From Phycisphaerae bacterium (GTDB lineage Bacteria; Planctomycetota; Phycisphaerae; Phycisphaerales; Phycisphaeraceae), in assembly GCA_963579995.1 (NCBI GenBank), contig CAUZIY010000001.1:1311-65310 (forward strand): a stretch of DNA of 64,000 bases, given 5' to 3'. Below, in pieces: positions 28,043-38,353 of this stretch. Numbering within the stretch: the first letter of the stretch is position 1; each line of letters begins with the position of its first letter. The notes beneath the pieces were generated by a model. It did not search any database and had not been told where the DNA came from. It saw only the letters and a program-made list of their open reading frames with translations. Made by a program: the position numbers and the translations under genes.

Positions 28043-29659
28043 ATGTCCACCGTGTCGAGCCCCGGGCGTTCTGAATCCGACGAACTACTCAGTGAGTTAG
28101 ACGATCTGCCGCAATCGCTTCGTGGCCAGGTTGTGCCAATCCTTGATTTTGGTTCCCAGTACGCACAACTCATCGCCCGCCGTGTACGTGAGGCAGGTGT
28201 GTTGAGCATTTTGGTGGCACCGGATGTTTCGGTTGACCAGTTGAAAGCCATCAAGCCATGCGGCGTCATTCTTTCCGGGGGCCCGGCAAGCGTCTACGAC
28301 GACGGTGCCCCGCGTTGCGATCCGCGCCTTTTCGAGTTGGATGTTCCCATACTGGGGATCTGTTATGGCATGCAACTGGCTTGCCAAATGCTGGGCGCTG
28401 AGGTGCGCCGAGCTTCTCGCCACGAATATGGCCGCGCAGACCTGATGGTCTGCGATGATACAGATCTGCTGGGAAATATTGAATCTCAGTCATCGGTCTG
28501 GATGAGTCATGGCGATCAAATTGTGGATCTGCCGGATGATTTTGTTTCGTTGGCGTCAACGACCACGTGCCCTTGTGCGGCGGTGCGGCACCGTACGCGT
28601 TCGTTTTATGGGGTGCAGTTCCATCCCGAAGTGACGCACACACAACACGGCGTCGACATTCTGGGCAATTTCCTGTTTTCAATCTGTCGTTGTGACGGTT
28701 CGTGGAAGATGAGCGATTTTCTTGAGGCTGAAATCAAACGGGTACGTCAAGTGGTGGGTGATGCCCGTGTTGTGTGCGGTTTGTCGGGTGGGGTTGATTC
28801 GGCGGTTACGGCGGCTCTGCTGCAACGGGCGATCGGTGAACAACTGACCTGCATCTTTGTAGATAACGGCCTTCTGCGCAAGAATGAACGCCAACTGGTG
28901 GAGAAAAAATTCCGTTCGCATTTCAGTATCAATCTGCGTGTCGTCGATGCAGGGACTCAATTTTTATCTGATCTGGCGGGGGTTGAAGATCCCCAGGAAA
29001 AACGACAGCTTATTGGCCATCGATTCATCGAGGTATTCAAGGAGGCGGCAAAGGCGATCGGCAATGCCGAGTTCCTTGCCCAGGGTACGCTTTATCCCGA
29101 TGTGATTGAATCTGGTCACGGATACAGCGGGGCGGCGGCAAATATCAAAAGTCATCACAATGTCGGCGGGCTACCCGAGAAACTCGGTTTCAAACTGGTT
29201 GAGCCACTGCGTAACCTGTTTAAAGACGAGGTGCGGCGACTGGGGGAAGTTCTGGATCTGTCTGAGCAGATCGTCTGGCGGCATCCATTTCCCGGTCCTG
29301 GTCTGGCCGTGCGTATCCTGGGGGCGGTGACCCAATCGGCACTGGATATTTTGCGTGATGCCGATGAGATTTTGCTTGAGGAAATCGTGTCGGCAGGACT
29401 GTATCGTTCGACGGCCCAGGTCTTCGCTGTTTTACTGCCGGTTAAAGCCGTGGGTGTGATGGGCGATGGTCGTACGCATGAGCAGGTCATTGCAATTCGT
29501 GCAGTTGAGTCACAGGATTTCATGACGGCCGACTGGGCACGGATCCCATTTGAGGTGCTGGCCCAAATCAGCAACCGCATCATCAATGAGGTGAGTGGTG
29601 TCAACCGGGTGGTCTATGACATCTCCAGCAAACCGCCGGCAACGATTGAGTGGGAGTAG
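28043..29659 (+). CDS. guaA: GMP synthase (glutamine-hydrolysing)
   Basis: GATase ICYGMQL, PP-loop GLSGGVDS and C-terminal [12 protein letters not shown]. Alternative upstream ATG at 28016. Confidence 0.95.
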   Translation: MSTVSSPGRSESDELLSELDDLPQSLRGQVVPILDFGSQYAQLIARRVREAGVLSILVAPDVSVDQLKAIKPCGVILSGGPASVYDDGAPRCDPRLFELDVPILGICYGMQLACQMLGAEVRRASRHEYGRADLMVCDDTDLLGNIESQSSVWMSHGDQIVDLPDDFVSLASTTTCPCAAVRHRTRSFYGVQFHPEVTHTQHGVDILGNFLFSICRCDGSWKMSDFLEAEIKRVRQVVGDARVVCGLSGGVDSAVTAALLQRAIGEQLTCIFVDNGLLRKNERQLVEKKFRSHFSINLRVVDAGTQFLSDLAGVEDPQEKRQLIGHRFIEVFKEAAKAIGNAEFLAQGTLYPDVIESGHGYSGAAANIKSHHNVGGLPEKLGFKLVEPLRNLFKDEVRRLGEVLDLSEQIVWRHPFPGPGLAVRILGAVTQSALDILRDADEILLEEIVSAGLYRSTAQVFAVLLPVKAVGVMGDGRTHEQVIAIRAVESQDFMTADWARIPFEVLAQISNRIINEVSGVNRVVYDISSKPPATIEWE

Positions 29660-29668
29660 CTTGCCCCT

Positions 29669-30718
29669 ATGGCAACCAGGACGCAAGTGGCTGTGATCGG
29701 TGCGGGTCCGATTGGTTTGGAATTGGCGGCGGCTTTCAAGCTGGGTGGCGTCAAGTATCTTCATTTCGACGCGGGGCAGATTGGTCATACAGTGAGTTGG
29801 ATGCCGCGGCAGATGCGGTTCTTTTCGTCGCCGGATCGTATTGCAATCTGCGGCGTCCCACTGCAGACCGTTGAGCAGGAAAAGGCGTCGCGTGAAGAGT
29901 ACCTGGCCTATCTGCGCGGTATTGTGGAGCAATTCAACCTGACGGTGCGTACTCATGAAAAAATTACTTCAATTCAAAAGTCCAGATCCAAGTTCTTGTT
30001 GACGAGTGAAAAGGCCACCGAACAGCACCAATACGTAGCCGATCACGTCGTGTTGGCTACTGGCGACCTTAATCGGGCCCGTGATCTGAACTTGCCTGGG
30101 GAAGATTTGCCCCATGTGAGCCATTACTTCGATGAGCCACATCGATACTTTCGCAAGCGATTGCTTGTTGTCGGTGGTCGCAATTCGGCAGTGGAGGCGG
30201 CGATTCGTTGTCAACGAACTGGCGCTGATGTGGCGATCAGCTATCGTGGTGATGAATTTGATACTAAGAGCGTCAAGTACTGGTTAACACCGGAAATCGA
30301 AATGTTGATCAAGACCAAACGCGTGACTTATTACCCTCTGACCGTACCAACGGTGATTACGCCACAGCATGTTTTCCTTCATCAGGTTCAAACCGGTCAA
30401 TGTACTCAAGTGCCGGCCGATTTCGTACTTCTGCTGGTTGGTTACGAAATGGATACAACCTTGATGGAACAGGTTGGCGTGGCATTGGCAGGTGAGAACC
30501 ACGCGCCCCAGTTGGATCTGGAAACCATGCAGACCAATGTGCCTGGTTTCTATGTTGGGGGGACCGCGGCAGTCGGGACCCAGATCCGCTTTCAACTGTT
30601 TATTGAAAACTGTCATCCACATGTGGGCAAGATTTTCGAGTCGATCACGGGACGGAAATGCCCATTTGAAGCAACGGACAGAACGCATTCAGGTCGATAT
30701 GCATTGCCCGAAAGCTAG
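29669..30718 (+). CDS. FAD/NAD(P)-binding oxidoreductase, YpdA / thioredoxin-reductase-like
   Basis: Dinucleotide-binding VAVIGAGPIGLE, a second GGRNSAVEAA motif, and FFSS near the N-terminus as in YpdA-type proteins. Confidence 0.65.
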   Translation: MATRTQVAVIGAGPIGLELAAAFKLGGVKYLHFDAGQIGHTVSWMPRQMRFFSSPDRIAICGVPLQTVEQEKASREEYLAYLRGIVEQFNLTVRTHEKITSIQKSRSKFLLTSEKATEQHQYVADHVVLATGDLNRARDLNLPGEDLPHVSHYFDEPHRYFRKRLLVVGGRNSAVEAAIRCQRTGADVAISYRGDEFDTKSVKYWLTPEIEMLIKTKRVTYYPLTVPTVITPQHVFLHQVQTGQCTQVPADFVLLLVGYEMDTTLMEQVGVALAGENHAPQLDLETMQTNVPGFYVGGTAAVGTQIRFQLFIENCHPHVGKIFESITGRKCPFEATDRTHSGRYALPES

Positions 30719-30854
30719 GTGCAGTTTCTCCCGGAGGTCACGAGGATTTCAAGGCCACTGTTCACCGTTTCGTGATGCTGAAATAACACCAGGTTTCAGA
30801 TGTAATTGGGAACCAATGATATGGACTAGGCTGCTGCGGTGGGCTTAGTTTTGG

Positions 30855-31229
30855 TTACCGCGGCGGAACCCGGCGTTGGCCCGGCCGGCGACCGGCACGA
30901 GCTCCACGGGAGACCGGACGCCTGCTTTGGCTGGGGGCAGGTCGATCAGTTGATGTGGCAACTACTTCGGTTGGTTTGACCAGGCCCTTGCCGCTGGCTT
31001 CACCGACCACCATGGGTCGTCCATTTACGCGGCGACCATCAAGCGAGGCAATGGCCGCTCGGCCCTGGTCCTCACTGGGCATGAGCACAAATGCAAACCC
31101 GCGTGGTTTACCCGTCTTTTCGTCGGTGACGTAGATGATTTCATCAATCAGGCCGTAGTCACTGAAGAGTTTATTCAGTGTTTGCGGTGTCACCTTGTAG
31201 CTTATGTTGCCAACGTGAATCTTAAACAT
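30855..31229 (-). CDS. RRM-type RNA-binding protein with an Arg-rich tail
   Basis: RNP2 IHVGNI and RNP1 KPRGFAFVLM. GGAGG lies 6 nt upstream of ATG 31229 (the track start 31268 was rejected). Confidence 0.85.
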   Translation of the reverse strand: MFKIHVGNISYKVTPQTLNKLFSDYGLIDEIIYVTDEKTGKPRGFAFVLMPSEDQGRAAIASLDGRRVNGRPMVVGEASGKGLVKPTEVVATSTDRPAPSQSRRPVSRGARAGRRPGQRRVPPR

Positions 31230-31479
31230 GTTTCGCCTCCGTGGGCGCGATGTGCCAAGCGGAAACACCGATTATAAACCCGCCGTTCACCTATTGCACG
31301 CGATGGGCGTGTCGATTTATGGTTTGGCTTGCTTGGCTTGTTTCCTGGCTCCCAAGACCACCCGTGACGGCCGGTAAGATACCATAATTGGGCGGTCGGT
31401 GTGGCAATTGAGTGCGAAAATAAATTAGCAGTCAGCGGTGGTGGCAGTGGCCGAAGACCTTGCGGTATCATTACCTTAG

Positions 31480-33051
31480 ATGGACGCCAATCCACGCTAC
31501 AAATCACCAATCAAGCGATGCTTATATGGCAATACCCTAACTGAGCAACTTGAGCAATTGGGAACAGACAAGCAGCTTGAACAATTTGCCGCTGCGCGGC
31601 AAAGATTGGCCGCTGACCCATACCGTCCTGCGTATCATTTCGTTGCCCCACAGGGCAAGATGAATGATCCCAACGGGTTGTGTTTTTGGCGTGATCGATT
31701 CCACCTTTTCTACCAGGCTTATCCAGATGAGGCTGACCGGCGACAGCATTGGGGTCACGCTGTCAGCGATGACCTTGTGTATTGGCAGGACCTGCCGTTG
31801 GCCATCTATCCGGACATTGAACGCAAATGTTTTAGCGGAAGCACCTTGGTTGAATCTGACCGGGTGATCGCGATCTACCACGGGAAGCAAGCGGGCAACA
31901 TGATTGCGGTTGCCCGCGATCCCCTTCTTCTTAATTGGGAGAAATTACCCGGTAATCCAGTGATCCCGATTGTGGAAGCCGATGATTCAGGTTATCCCTA
32001 CCGCGTATTTGATCCTTGTATCTGGGCCGAGGAAGACGGGTATTACGCCTTGTCCGGAACCCAGAAGGATGGAGGTAACCGATCCATGCGGTTCCGTCAG
32101 GACTGCCAGATGGTGGAACACCTCTTTTTTTCAAAAGACCTGCAATCCTGGCGGTATGAAGGGCAGTTTGTAGATGGTGGACGTTACACGCAACGGGGTG
32201 AAGATGGCGCAGTGCCCTATTTCTGGCCGTTGGGGGATAAGCACATCCTGCTATTCGCCAGCCATATGCGTGGCTCACAGTACTTCTTGGGTGATTACGA
32301 TCGTACTAAGCGGAAATTCAAACCTTTTCTGCATGGCCGATTCAACTTCGGGCCAATCGGACATGGGGGTGTTCATGCACCATCCGCAACGCCAGACGGT
32401 CATGGAGGCTGTTACGTTATTCATAATATGAATGAAGGTATCGAGTCTCGCGGGTGGCGCCAGATCATGTCGCTTGCTCGCGTGTTGACCCTCCGCCCAG
32501 ATTGCACGCTGGGAATCGAACCGATCAGGTCAATGGACAAGCTCCGTACCACTTTCAAACGCGTGGGGCCCATGTTGCTTGAAGCAAACCGTGAAACAGT
32601 TCTGGATGACATTCGAGGCAATACCATCGAAATCAATGCAATCATTGATCCGCAAGATGCAAATCAGTTGTCTTTGGACGTCTTGAGGTCACCAGACCAG
32701 TCGGAGTTTACATCCATTTACTTTTTAAAGAATGCCCACGCATCCTATAGGACTTGTGAGTTGGTTCATAAGGATGCGATCGTGATCGACACGTCACGGT
32801 CTTCTTTGCGTTCCGACTTGTTGTCGCGGCCGCCTGAAATTGCGCCCTTTGAACTGCATGAGGGCGAAGATCTTAGCCTTCGAATCTTTATTGACCGGAG
32901 TGTCGTTGAGGTATTCATTAATGGTCGCCAGTGCCTGGCGCAGCGCGTTTACCCGCAGCGACCTGATAGTATTGGTCTTTCGATTCAATCCCGAGGGCGT
33001 CAGTCGGTATTACGCGAACTGACGTGCTGGCAAATGAAGAGCATCTGGTAG
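31480..33051 (+). CDS. Glycoside hydrolase family 32 (beta-fructofuranosidase / levanase-like)
   Basis: PAYHFVAPQGKMNDPNGLCFWRDRFHLFYQ (NDPNG block) and an RDP block (VARDP). Confidence 0.85.
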   Translation: MDANPRYKSPIKRCLYGNTLTEQLEQLGTDKQLEQFAAARQRLAADPYRPAYHFVAPQGKMNDPNGLCFWRDRFHLFYQAYPDEADRRQHWGHAVSDDLVYWQDLPLAIYPDIERKCFSGSTLVESDRVIAIYHGKQAGNMIAVARDPLLLNWEKLPGNPVIPIVEADDSGYPYRVFDPCIWAEEDGYYALSGTQKDGGNRSMRFRQDCQMVEHLFFSKDLQSWRYEGQFVDGGRYTQRGEDGAVPYFWPLGDKHILLFASHMRGSQYFLGDYDRTKRKFKPFLHGRFNFGPIGHGGVHAPSATPDGHGGCYVIHNMNEGIESRGWRQIMSLARVLTLRPDCTLGIEPIRSMDKLRTTFKRVGPMLLEANRETVLDDIRGNTIEINAIIDPQDANQLSLDVLRSPDQSEFTSIYFLKNAHASYRTCELVHKDAIVIDTSRSSLRSDLLSRPPEIAPFELHEGEDLSLRIFIDRSVVEVFINGRQCLAQRVYPQRPDSIGLSIQSRGRQSVLRELTCWQMKSIW

Positions 33052-33144
33052 GACATGGTCGTGTTCAGCGTTTTGGCGTGAGCATCACAAGTCATTGGAC
33101 CTTTTGAGGTAGATGGTGTTTTGGTAATAAAATGAGGATGAACA

Positions 33145-34074
33145 ATGTCTAACCTGGCAGCTGATCATCAGCAAAACAGCAGGAAGGTGCTTTATGACTT
33201 ACTAGGCGACCTTCCGCCATTGAGTCGTGCCGTGTCGTGTGAACCGGTTACGCAAAGGGAGGAAGACGGCTATATCCTTGAAGTGCTCGTGTTGGATCTT
33301 AATGGATCACAGTCCGTGTCTGCTTACTTTGTGAAGCCTAAAGCATGTGATGGGCCGCTGCCTTGTGTCCTTTACAATCATGCGCATGGCGGTGACTAAG
33401 AACTGGGCAAGGATGAATTGATCTACGGCCGAGCCGCACTGCAAGATCCACCGTACGCCCGAGCACTGACGGAGAAGGGTTATGCTGCCTTGTGTATCGA
33501 TACTTGGTGTTTCGGAGAAAGACGTGGGCGCACGGAATCGGAAGTGTTTAAGGAGATGCTGTGGAAAGGCTAAGTTCTGTGGGGCATGATGGTTTACGAT
33601 AGTTTGCGAGCCGTTGATTACCTGGCCGATCGCCCGGATATCGATACCCGTCGAATTGGCACATTGGGGATATCCATGGGAAGCACCATGGCGTGGTGGG
33701 TGGCGGCACTGGATACCCGAATCAGGGCTTGCGTGGATCTTTGCTGTTTGACTGATTTCCAGGCGCTAATCGATGAGCAAGGGTTAGACTGTCACGGTAT
33801 TTATTACTACGTGCCATCTTTGCTTAAGCAATTTACAACTGCAAAAATCAATGCATTGATTGCTCCCCGGGCCCATCTTGGTCTTGCCGGTAACTACGAC
33901 CGGTTGACCCCTCCCAGGGGGCTGGATCGTATTGATCAGGAGTTGCAGTCCATCTATGAGGCACACCAGGCAGCAGACGCTTGGCAGCTCAAAAGATATG
34001 AAATCGACCATTTTGAAACGGTTCAGATGAGGTCGGAAATCATGTTCTTTCTCAATCAGTGGCTTGCGACCTGA
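33145..34074 (+). pseudogene. Alpha/beta hydrolase (dienelactone-hydrolase / acetyl-esterase-like) interrupted by two in-frame TAA codons
   Basis: Three segments share one frame (33145-33396, 33400-33570, 33574-34071). The sequence reads through as NHAHGGD*ELGKDEL...[23 protein letters not shown], with nucleophile-elbow-like GISMGS downstream. Confidence 0.72.
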
Positions 34075-34207
34075 AATTTGGCCGCGATCGTCTCGGGCCA
34101 CAGTTGAAACATGATTTGGGTGATACTGAAATCATAGGTGGCGGACAGGTTGGAAGAAAGGATCTGGGAAAGGTTCCCAGTCAGTCCGTCGAGTATACCA
34201 ACTTCGG

Positions 34208-35320
34208 TTAAAGAACCGTGTCGAATTTTGATTCATAAAATGGCAGTGGCACAACCTGTGCATCAACGTGGTCGCCATCGATCTCGACGCCGACATGATT
34301 GCCGACCTGATGGTGTTCAGTATCGATGAAGGCCATGGCAATTGAAGCATTTAGTGTGGGCGAGATGCATCCACTAGTAACGGCGCCAACGATTTGGCGG
34401 GATACGAATAGGCTGGCGCCTTGATTTGCTTGTCGCGAACCAGTTAGCTTGAGTCCGACCAACCTTCGTGCAGTCTCCCTTGATGCGATCATCTTGAGTG
34501 CGTCGCTGCCAATGAATTGTTCGCGGCTGTCCGGGTCGGCCTTCTCAGGAGTGATTGCAAATTCCAAACCCGCTGATAGCGGATCAGTTTGTTCATTGAA
34601 CTCATGGCCGAGCATCGGCACACCCGCCTCAATGCGTAGCGTGTTGAGCGCTTCAAGGCCAATGGGGGCAACAATACCCTCCGGGGCGTTTTGGCTTAGC
34701 AGCTTGACGATGGTCGTGGCCATATTGGCGCCCATGACCACCTCGACGCCATCTTCTCCGGTGAAACTGCGGCGGGTAATGGTCAACCGCAGGATAAATA
34801 AATTCTTGACGCAGATTTCTCCGTGTTGAAGGTTTGGGACTTCGCTTGAGAACTGGCTTATCAAATCAATCACTTTGGGCCCCTGTAAGCCCACCATGGC
34901 GGTTGAAAGGGTTCGGTCGTTAATTGTGACTGATAGTGTCCCGATATTTTGATGTAAATGGGCCAAGATGGAATGAAGACCAGGGGCACTGACAACGAGC
35001 AGCCAGTGGTCTTCACAACGGCACACCGTGACGGCATCCAGGATTCCACCATGTTGGCTGCAGATCAGGGAAGATCGACTGGTATTGGGTTTCATGTCAT
35101 CGATCCGGCGTGTAAGGATTCGCTCAAGGAATTTTTGTGCATCGTGACCGGTGATTTGTATCCGCCCCCGGTGTGAAAGATCAAACAGGCCACCGCTGCG
35201 GCGTACATGCAAATGTTCAGCTTCAGGTGAGTGGTAGGACGCAGGCATTTCCCAGCCGGCAACGTCCACAAACCTTGCCTGCTGATCAAGATGATATTGG
35301 TGGAATGGCGTACGCGGCAT
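34208..35320 (-). CDS. gcvT: Glycine-cleavage T protein (aminomethyltransferase)
   Basis: TPFHQYHLDQQARFVDVAGWEMPASY...SGGLFDLSHRGRIQITG is the typical GcvT N-terminus. Length is 370 aa. Confidence 0.82.
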   Translation of the reverse strand: MPRTPFHQYHLDQQARFVDVAGWEMPASYHSPEAEHLHVRRSGGLFDLSHRGRIQITGHDAQKFLERILTRRIDDMKPNTSRSSLICSQHGGILDAVTVCRCEDHWLLVVSAPGLHSILAHLHQNIGTLSVTINDRTLSTAMVGLQGPKVIDLISQFSSEVPNLQHGEICVKNLFILRLTITRRSFTGEDGVEVVMGANMATTIVKLLSQNAPEGIVAPIGLEALNTLRIEAGVPMLGHEFNEQTDPLSAGLEFAITPEKADPDSREQFIGSDALKMIASRETARRLVGLKLTGSRQANQGASLFVSRQIVGAVTSGCISPTLNASIAMAFIDTEHHQVGNHVGVEIDGDHVDAQVVPLPFYESKFDTVL

Positions 35321-35375
35321 GGTTAAGCGAGCCGTTGGCTGGTCGAATTGCGATCAACGTTGCAGGCTTATACGG

Positions 35376-37088
35376 TCAATTGGTACTTGCGAGTAAATGT
35401 TGATCTTGCGGTGGATAGCCAAGATACATCAGCGTTTTTTCAATCACGCGCCGTACAACTGGTGCCGCAACTGTACCGCCATAATAGCCCTTTTGCTTGT
35501 CCGGGCGGTGGACAAAACAGCCCACGACAATTCTGGGTACCTCAAGGGGGGAGCCGGCGATGAAAGAGGATATGTACTTATCTTCTAGGTAGCCGCCCCC
35601 GTTAGGGTTGGCGATCTGTGCTGTGCCCGTCTTGCCGAAGATCGGGTAGTGTTTGCTGTTGGCACGTCGTCCTGTTCCCTCTTGAACAACGCGGCGAAGT
35701 ACCTGTCGAACCTGCTTGGCCGTTGCCGGATTGAGGGTGTGCTGGTAGATCAGATCATCGGCTGATTTACGGATCCGGATTACGGTTGCCGGCATCATCC
35801 CATCGTTGGCAATGCCGCTGAACGCGCGGACCAGTTGCAATGGCGTGGCTGCGATCTCCTGGCCCATTGGGATGCTGGTTAGTGAGTAGTGATTCCATTG
35901 GCGTAGCGGGTTAACCATCCCCGCCGATTCGCCGGGCAAGCTACTGGCAGTTGACTGGCCCATTCCAAAAGCCTCTACCGCGTGATGCAACCTGTCAGAG
36001 CCCAGGAGTAGTCCAATTTGCGCCATGCCGATATTGCTTGATTTGATTAAAACCTGTTGGCCAGTCAATTTGCCATGTCCACGTACGTCTCGGATCCGCC
36101 GCCCTTTTGACGAACGCCAGATACCGCTGTCCGTACAGTCGAATAGTTGCTCTGGTTGAATTACCTTCAGATCTACTGCTTTGGCCCAGACGAATGGCTT
36201 GAAGGTTGAGCCTGGCTCAAACATGTCAGTGATGCAGCGGTTACGCCATTGTTGTGGTGTACTTTTGGCCAAGGTCTTCGGATCAAAGGGGGGGTAGTTT
36301 GCCATTGCCAGGACGTGCCCATTGCGGGGGTTCATGACAACCAGTTGGCCATAGGGTGCGTCGAAAGTCTTGCAGCTGATGGCGAGTTGTTCTTCGGCGA
36401 TGGATTGGATCATCAGGTCAATCGTGAGCCGTATTGCTGCCCCGTCACGTGGTGGGTCGTATGATTCGTACTGGAGATTAAGCGGGCGGCCACGCACATC
36501 ACGTGTATAAGTCAGTGATCCGGTGCGACCGACCAAATCGCGGTTGAATGCGAATTCCACGCCTTCAAGTCCGGTGGCATCAAAGCCCACACTGCCAAGC
36601 AGTTGGCCAGCTCGTGATCCATGTGGGTAAAGCCGCTTGACCCATCGCTGGGTTCCGAGCCCCCTTAGTTTCAGGTCCTTCAACTGCCCAAGTGCAGACT
36701 TGTCCAGTTCGTGTTCAAGTACCACGTACCGCCGGTCAATCCGTTTTTGTATGGTCGCTTTCAGTGTGGAAGGGGCAACATGGACCAGTTCACCGACGAC
36801 TTGGCAAAAGATCGGGAGGTTTTCGATCAAGCCTGGATCGGCAAATAGTCGAGTGGCGAGTTGGCTTGATGCCAGCAATCGGCCACGCCTGTCAACAATA
36901 TCACTTCTTCGGGCGTGAAATGCGGTGCGGCTGTGATGGCGGCCGGTATATGTTGCCAGCTGTTTCGGCGGTGCCAGTTTGAGTTGTACTACACGGCCGA
37001 ACTGGGCGAGGAGGCCAATGCTGAGCATGACCACCAGGACTGCCGAGACGGTCAGGACACGCTGCTCAGGCAGAGGATGCTTTCTCAT
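35376..37088 (-). CDS. ftsI: Class B penicillin-binding protein (FtsI/PBP3-type transpeptidase)
   Basis: N-terminal TM anchor and the STFKP, SSN and KTGTA active-site triad. Its ATG overlaps the ftsL-like stop (ATGA). Confidence 0.86.
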   Translation of the reverse strand: MRKHPLPEQRVLTVSAVLVVMLSIGLLAQFGRVVQLKLAPPKQLATYTGRHHSRTAFHARRSDIVDRRGRLLASSQLATRLFADPGLIENLPIFCQVVGELVHVAPSTLKATIQKRIDRRYVVLEHELDKSALGQLKDLKLRGLGTQRWVKRLYPHGSRAGQLLGSVGFDATGLEGVEFAFNRDLVGRTGSLTYTRDVRGRPLNLQYESYDPPRDGAAIRLTIDLMIQSIAEEQLAISCKTFDAPYGQLVVMNPRNGHVLAMANYPPFDPKTLAKSTPQQWRNRCITDMFEPGSTFKPFVWAKAVDLKVIQPEQLFDCTDSGIWRSSKGRRIRDVRGHGKLTGQQVLIKSSNIGMAQIGLLLGSDRLHHAVEAFGMGQSTASSLPGESAGMVNPLRQWNHYSLTSIPMGQEIAATPLQLVRAFSGIANDGMMPATVIRIRKSADDLIYQHTLNPATAKQVRQVLRRVVQEGTGRRANSKHYPIFGKTGTAQIANPNGGGYLEDKYISSFIAGSPLEVPRIVVGCFVHRPDKQKGYYGGTVAAPVVRRVIEKTLMYLGYPPQDQHLLASTN

Positions 37089-37402
37089 GGAACAATGGCT
37101 TGGATATTGTCATGATCAACGACCGCCAGGGCGGACGATGACGGAAGCGGATTGCAAGTTTGGCCACATGCCAACGGTTCGAGGTTTAACTGGGCACGTG
37201 CAATGAGATGACGCAGGTGCTTGGGTTCAAGCTTTTTGGCAACGTGTGAACGCGATTGCCAAAGGTCATACCGTACCTCGGCAATCTGACGATGGCACAT
37301 TGAAATCTGGTAGATCGTCTCGGTTCGCTGTTGGCGCAGGTCAAGCAATACCGCAGCCAAGGAACCGACTGCCAGGATCATGGTGATGAGTTTCCTAAAC
37401 AC
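37085..37402 (-). CDS. FtsL-like bitopic division protein (putative)
   Basis: A 105-aa protein with a single N-terminal TM helix (ITMILAVGSLAAVLL) followed by a helical segment. Position and 4-nt overlap with ftsI are as in dcw clusters. Confidence 0.5.
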   Translation of the reverse strand: MFRKLITMILAVGSLAAVLLDLRQQRTETIYQISMCHRQIAEVRYDLWQSRSHVAKKLEPKHLRHLIARAQLNLEPLACGQTCNPLPSSSALAVVDHDNIQAIVP

Positions 37403-37437
37403 AGGTCCAGGTCCAATTGGAGATCATGCGGGGTGTA

Positions 37438-38280
37438 TCAACGCGCTGGAAGCCGCAGGTGTTGACCTACCCTCAGATCATCGGCGTTCTTGAGTTTGCC
37501 ACGATTAGCCAGGAAGATTTCATTGTGGCGATTTGGATCACCAAGTGTATTGGCTGCAATTCGCCACAAGGTGTCATTTTCGACAACGGTGTACTCACGG
37601 TGCAGATTGTCATGTGCCGCTTGTGGACGGATCTGGATTGTTTGCAATCGGGGTTGTGGAGGCACATATAACCGAACACCATCTCGGATATGGCCGCCTT
37701 CCATGATTTTTCCCGGATTGGCTTCAATAAGGAGTGTGAAAAGTGCCCCATTGCCGTAGTGTTGCTCAGCGATGCCGTAGAGCGATTCATTGCGTTTGAC
37801 GTTGTGATATCGTCTTGGTTGATCGCCAATGGTGTTTCCGGCCGATTTTTGCTGGCCAGCCATGGTTGTAAATGCAGGTTTTGGCCCTTGGTGGGATACC
37901 TGTGGACGGGAAATTGTCTTGGAGGGGGTTTCCCGGGGTGAAAACTTAGCAGGATTGGTTTCAGGCTCGGTGGCTGCATGGATTTGTTGACCAGGAATCG
38001 CATACCCCTTGTTCCCGGAGAGAGATTTGGCAGTTCGTGAAAGGCGTATCGCTCTAGGCGGGGAAACCTGTGGTTGGTGAGCTGGCTGGTGTCTTAGATC
38101 GTCGATTAGTTGTGGTTCAGATTTTTGGCGTGTGCTTAAATCAGGTGCAAGTAATGGGAGCACCTGATCGCCTTCCTGCACCGCAAGGTGGTCAGTGACA
38201 ATCAGGCCGATCAAAACAATGGCACCCAGTCCGACGAGTAAACCAACTTTAGTTTCGCGTGTCATGTGCCAGCCTTCCAT
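37438..38280 (-). CDS. Membrane-anchored protein with two C-terminal LysM domains
   Basis: TM helix VGLLVGLGAIVLIGLIV, a Pro/Gln-rich linker, and two LysM domains (YHNVKRNESLYGIAEQHYGNG... and YTVVENDTLWRIAANTLGDPNRHNEIFLAN...LRVGQHLRLP). Confidence 0.75.
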   Translation of the reverse strand: MEGWHMTRETKVGLLVGLGAIVLIGLIVTDHLAVQEGDQVLPLLAPDLSTRQKSEPQLIDDLRHQPAHQPQVSPPRAIRLSRTAKSLSGNKGYAIPGQQIHAATEPETNPAKFSPRETPSKTISRPQVSHQGPKPAFTTMAGQQKSAGNTIGDQPRRYHNVKRNESLYGIAEQHYGNGALFTLLIEANPGKIMEGGHIRDGVRLYVPPQPRLQTIQIRPQAAHDNLHREYTVVENDTLWRIAANTLGDPNRHNEIFLANRGKLKNADDLRVGQHLRLPAR

Positions 38281-38353
38281 GTGGCTATTGGTGATCGTAC
38301 ATGTGCCGTCCTAGCTTGGTCTCACCCTGGAAACGACCTGATCTGTATCTGCA

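Noticed and set aside
33397-33573. Genome-wide TAA reassignment as the explanation for the two in-frame TAA codons.
   Set aside because: Many confidently called genes in the window terminate at TAA at the expected protein end (flgG, flgH, flgI, flgK, dnaB). TAA therefore functions as a stop in this genome.
35321-35375. Glycine riboswitch upstream of gcvT.
   Set aside because: Only 55 nt separate gcvT from the ftsI stop, which is too short for even a single glycine aptamer. No GGAGAG/CACCG core is present.
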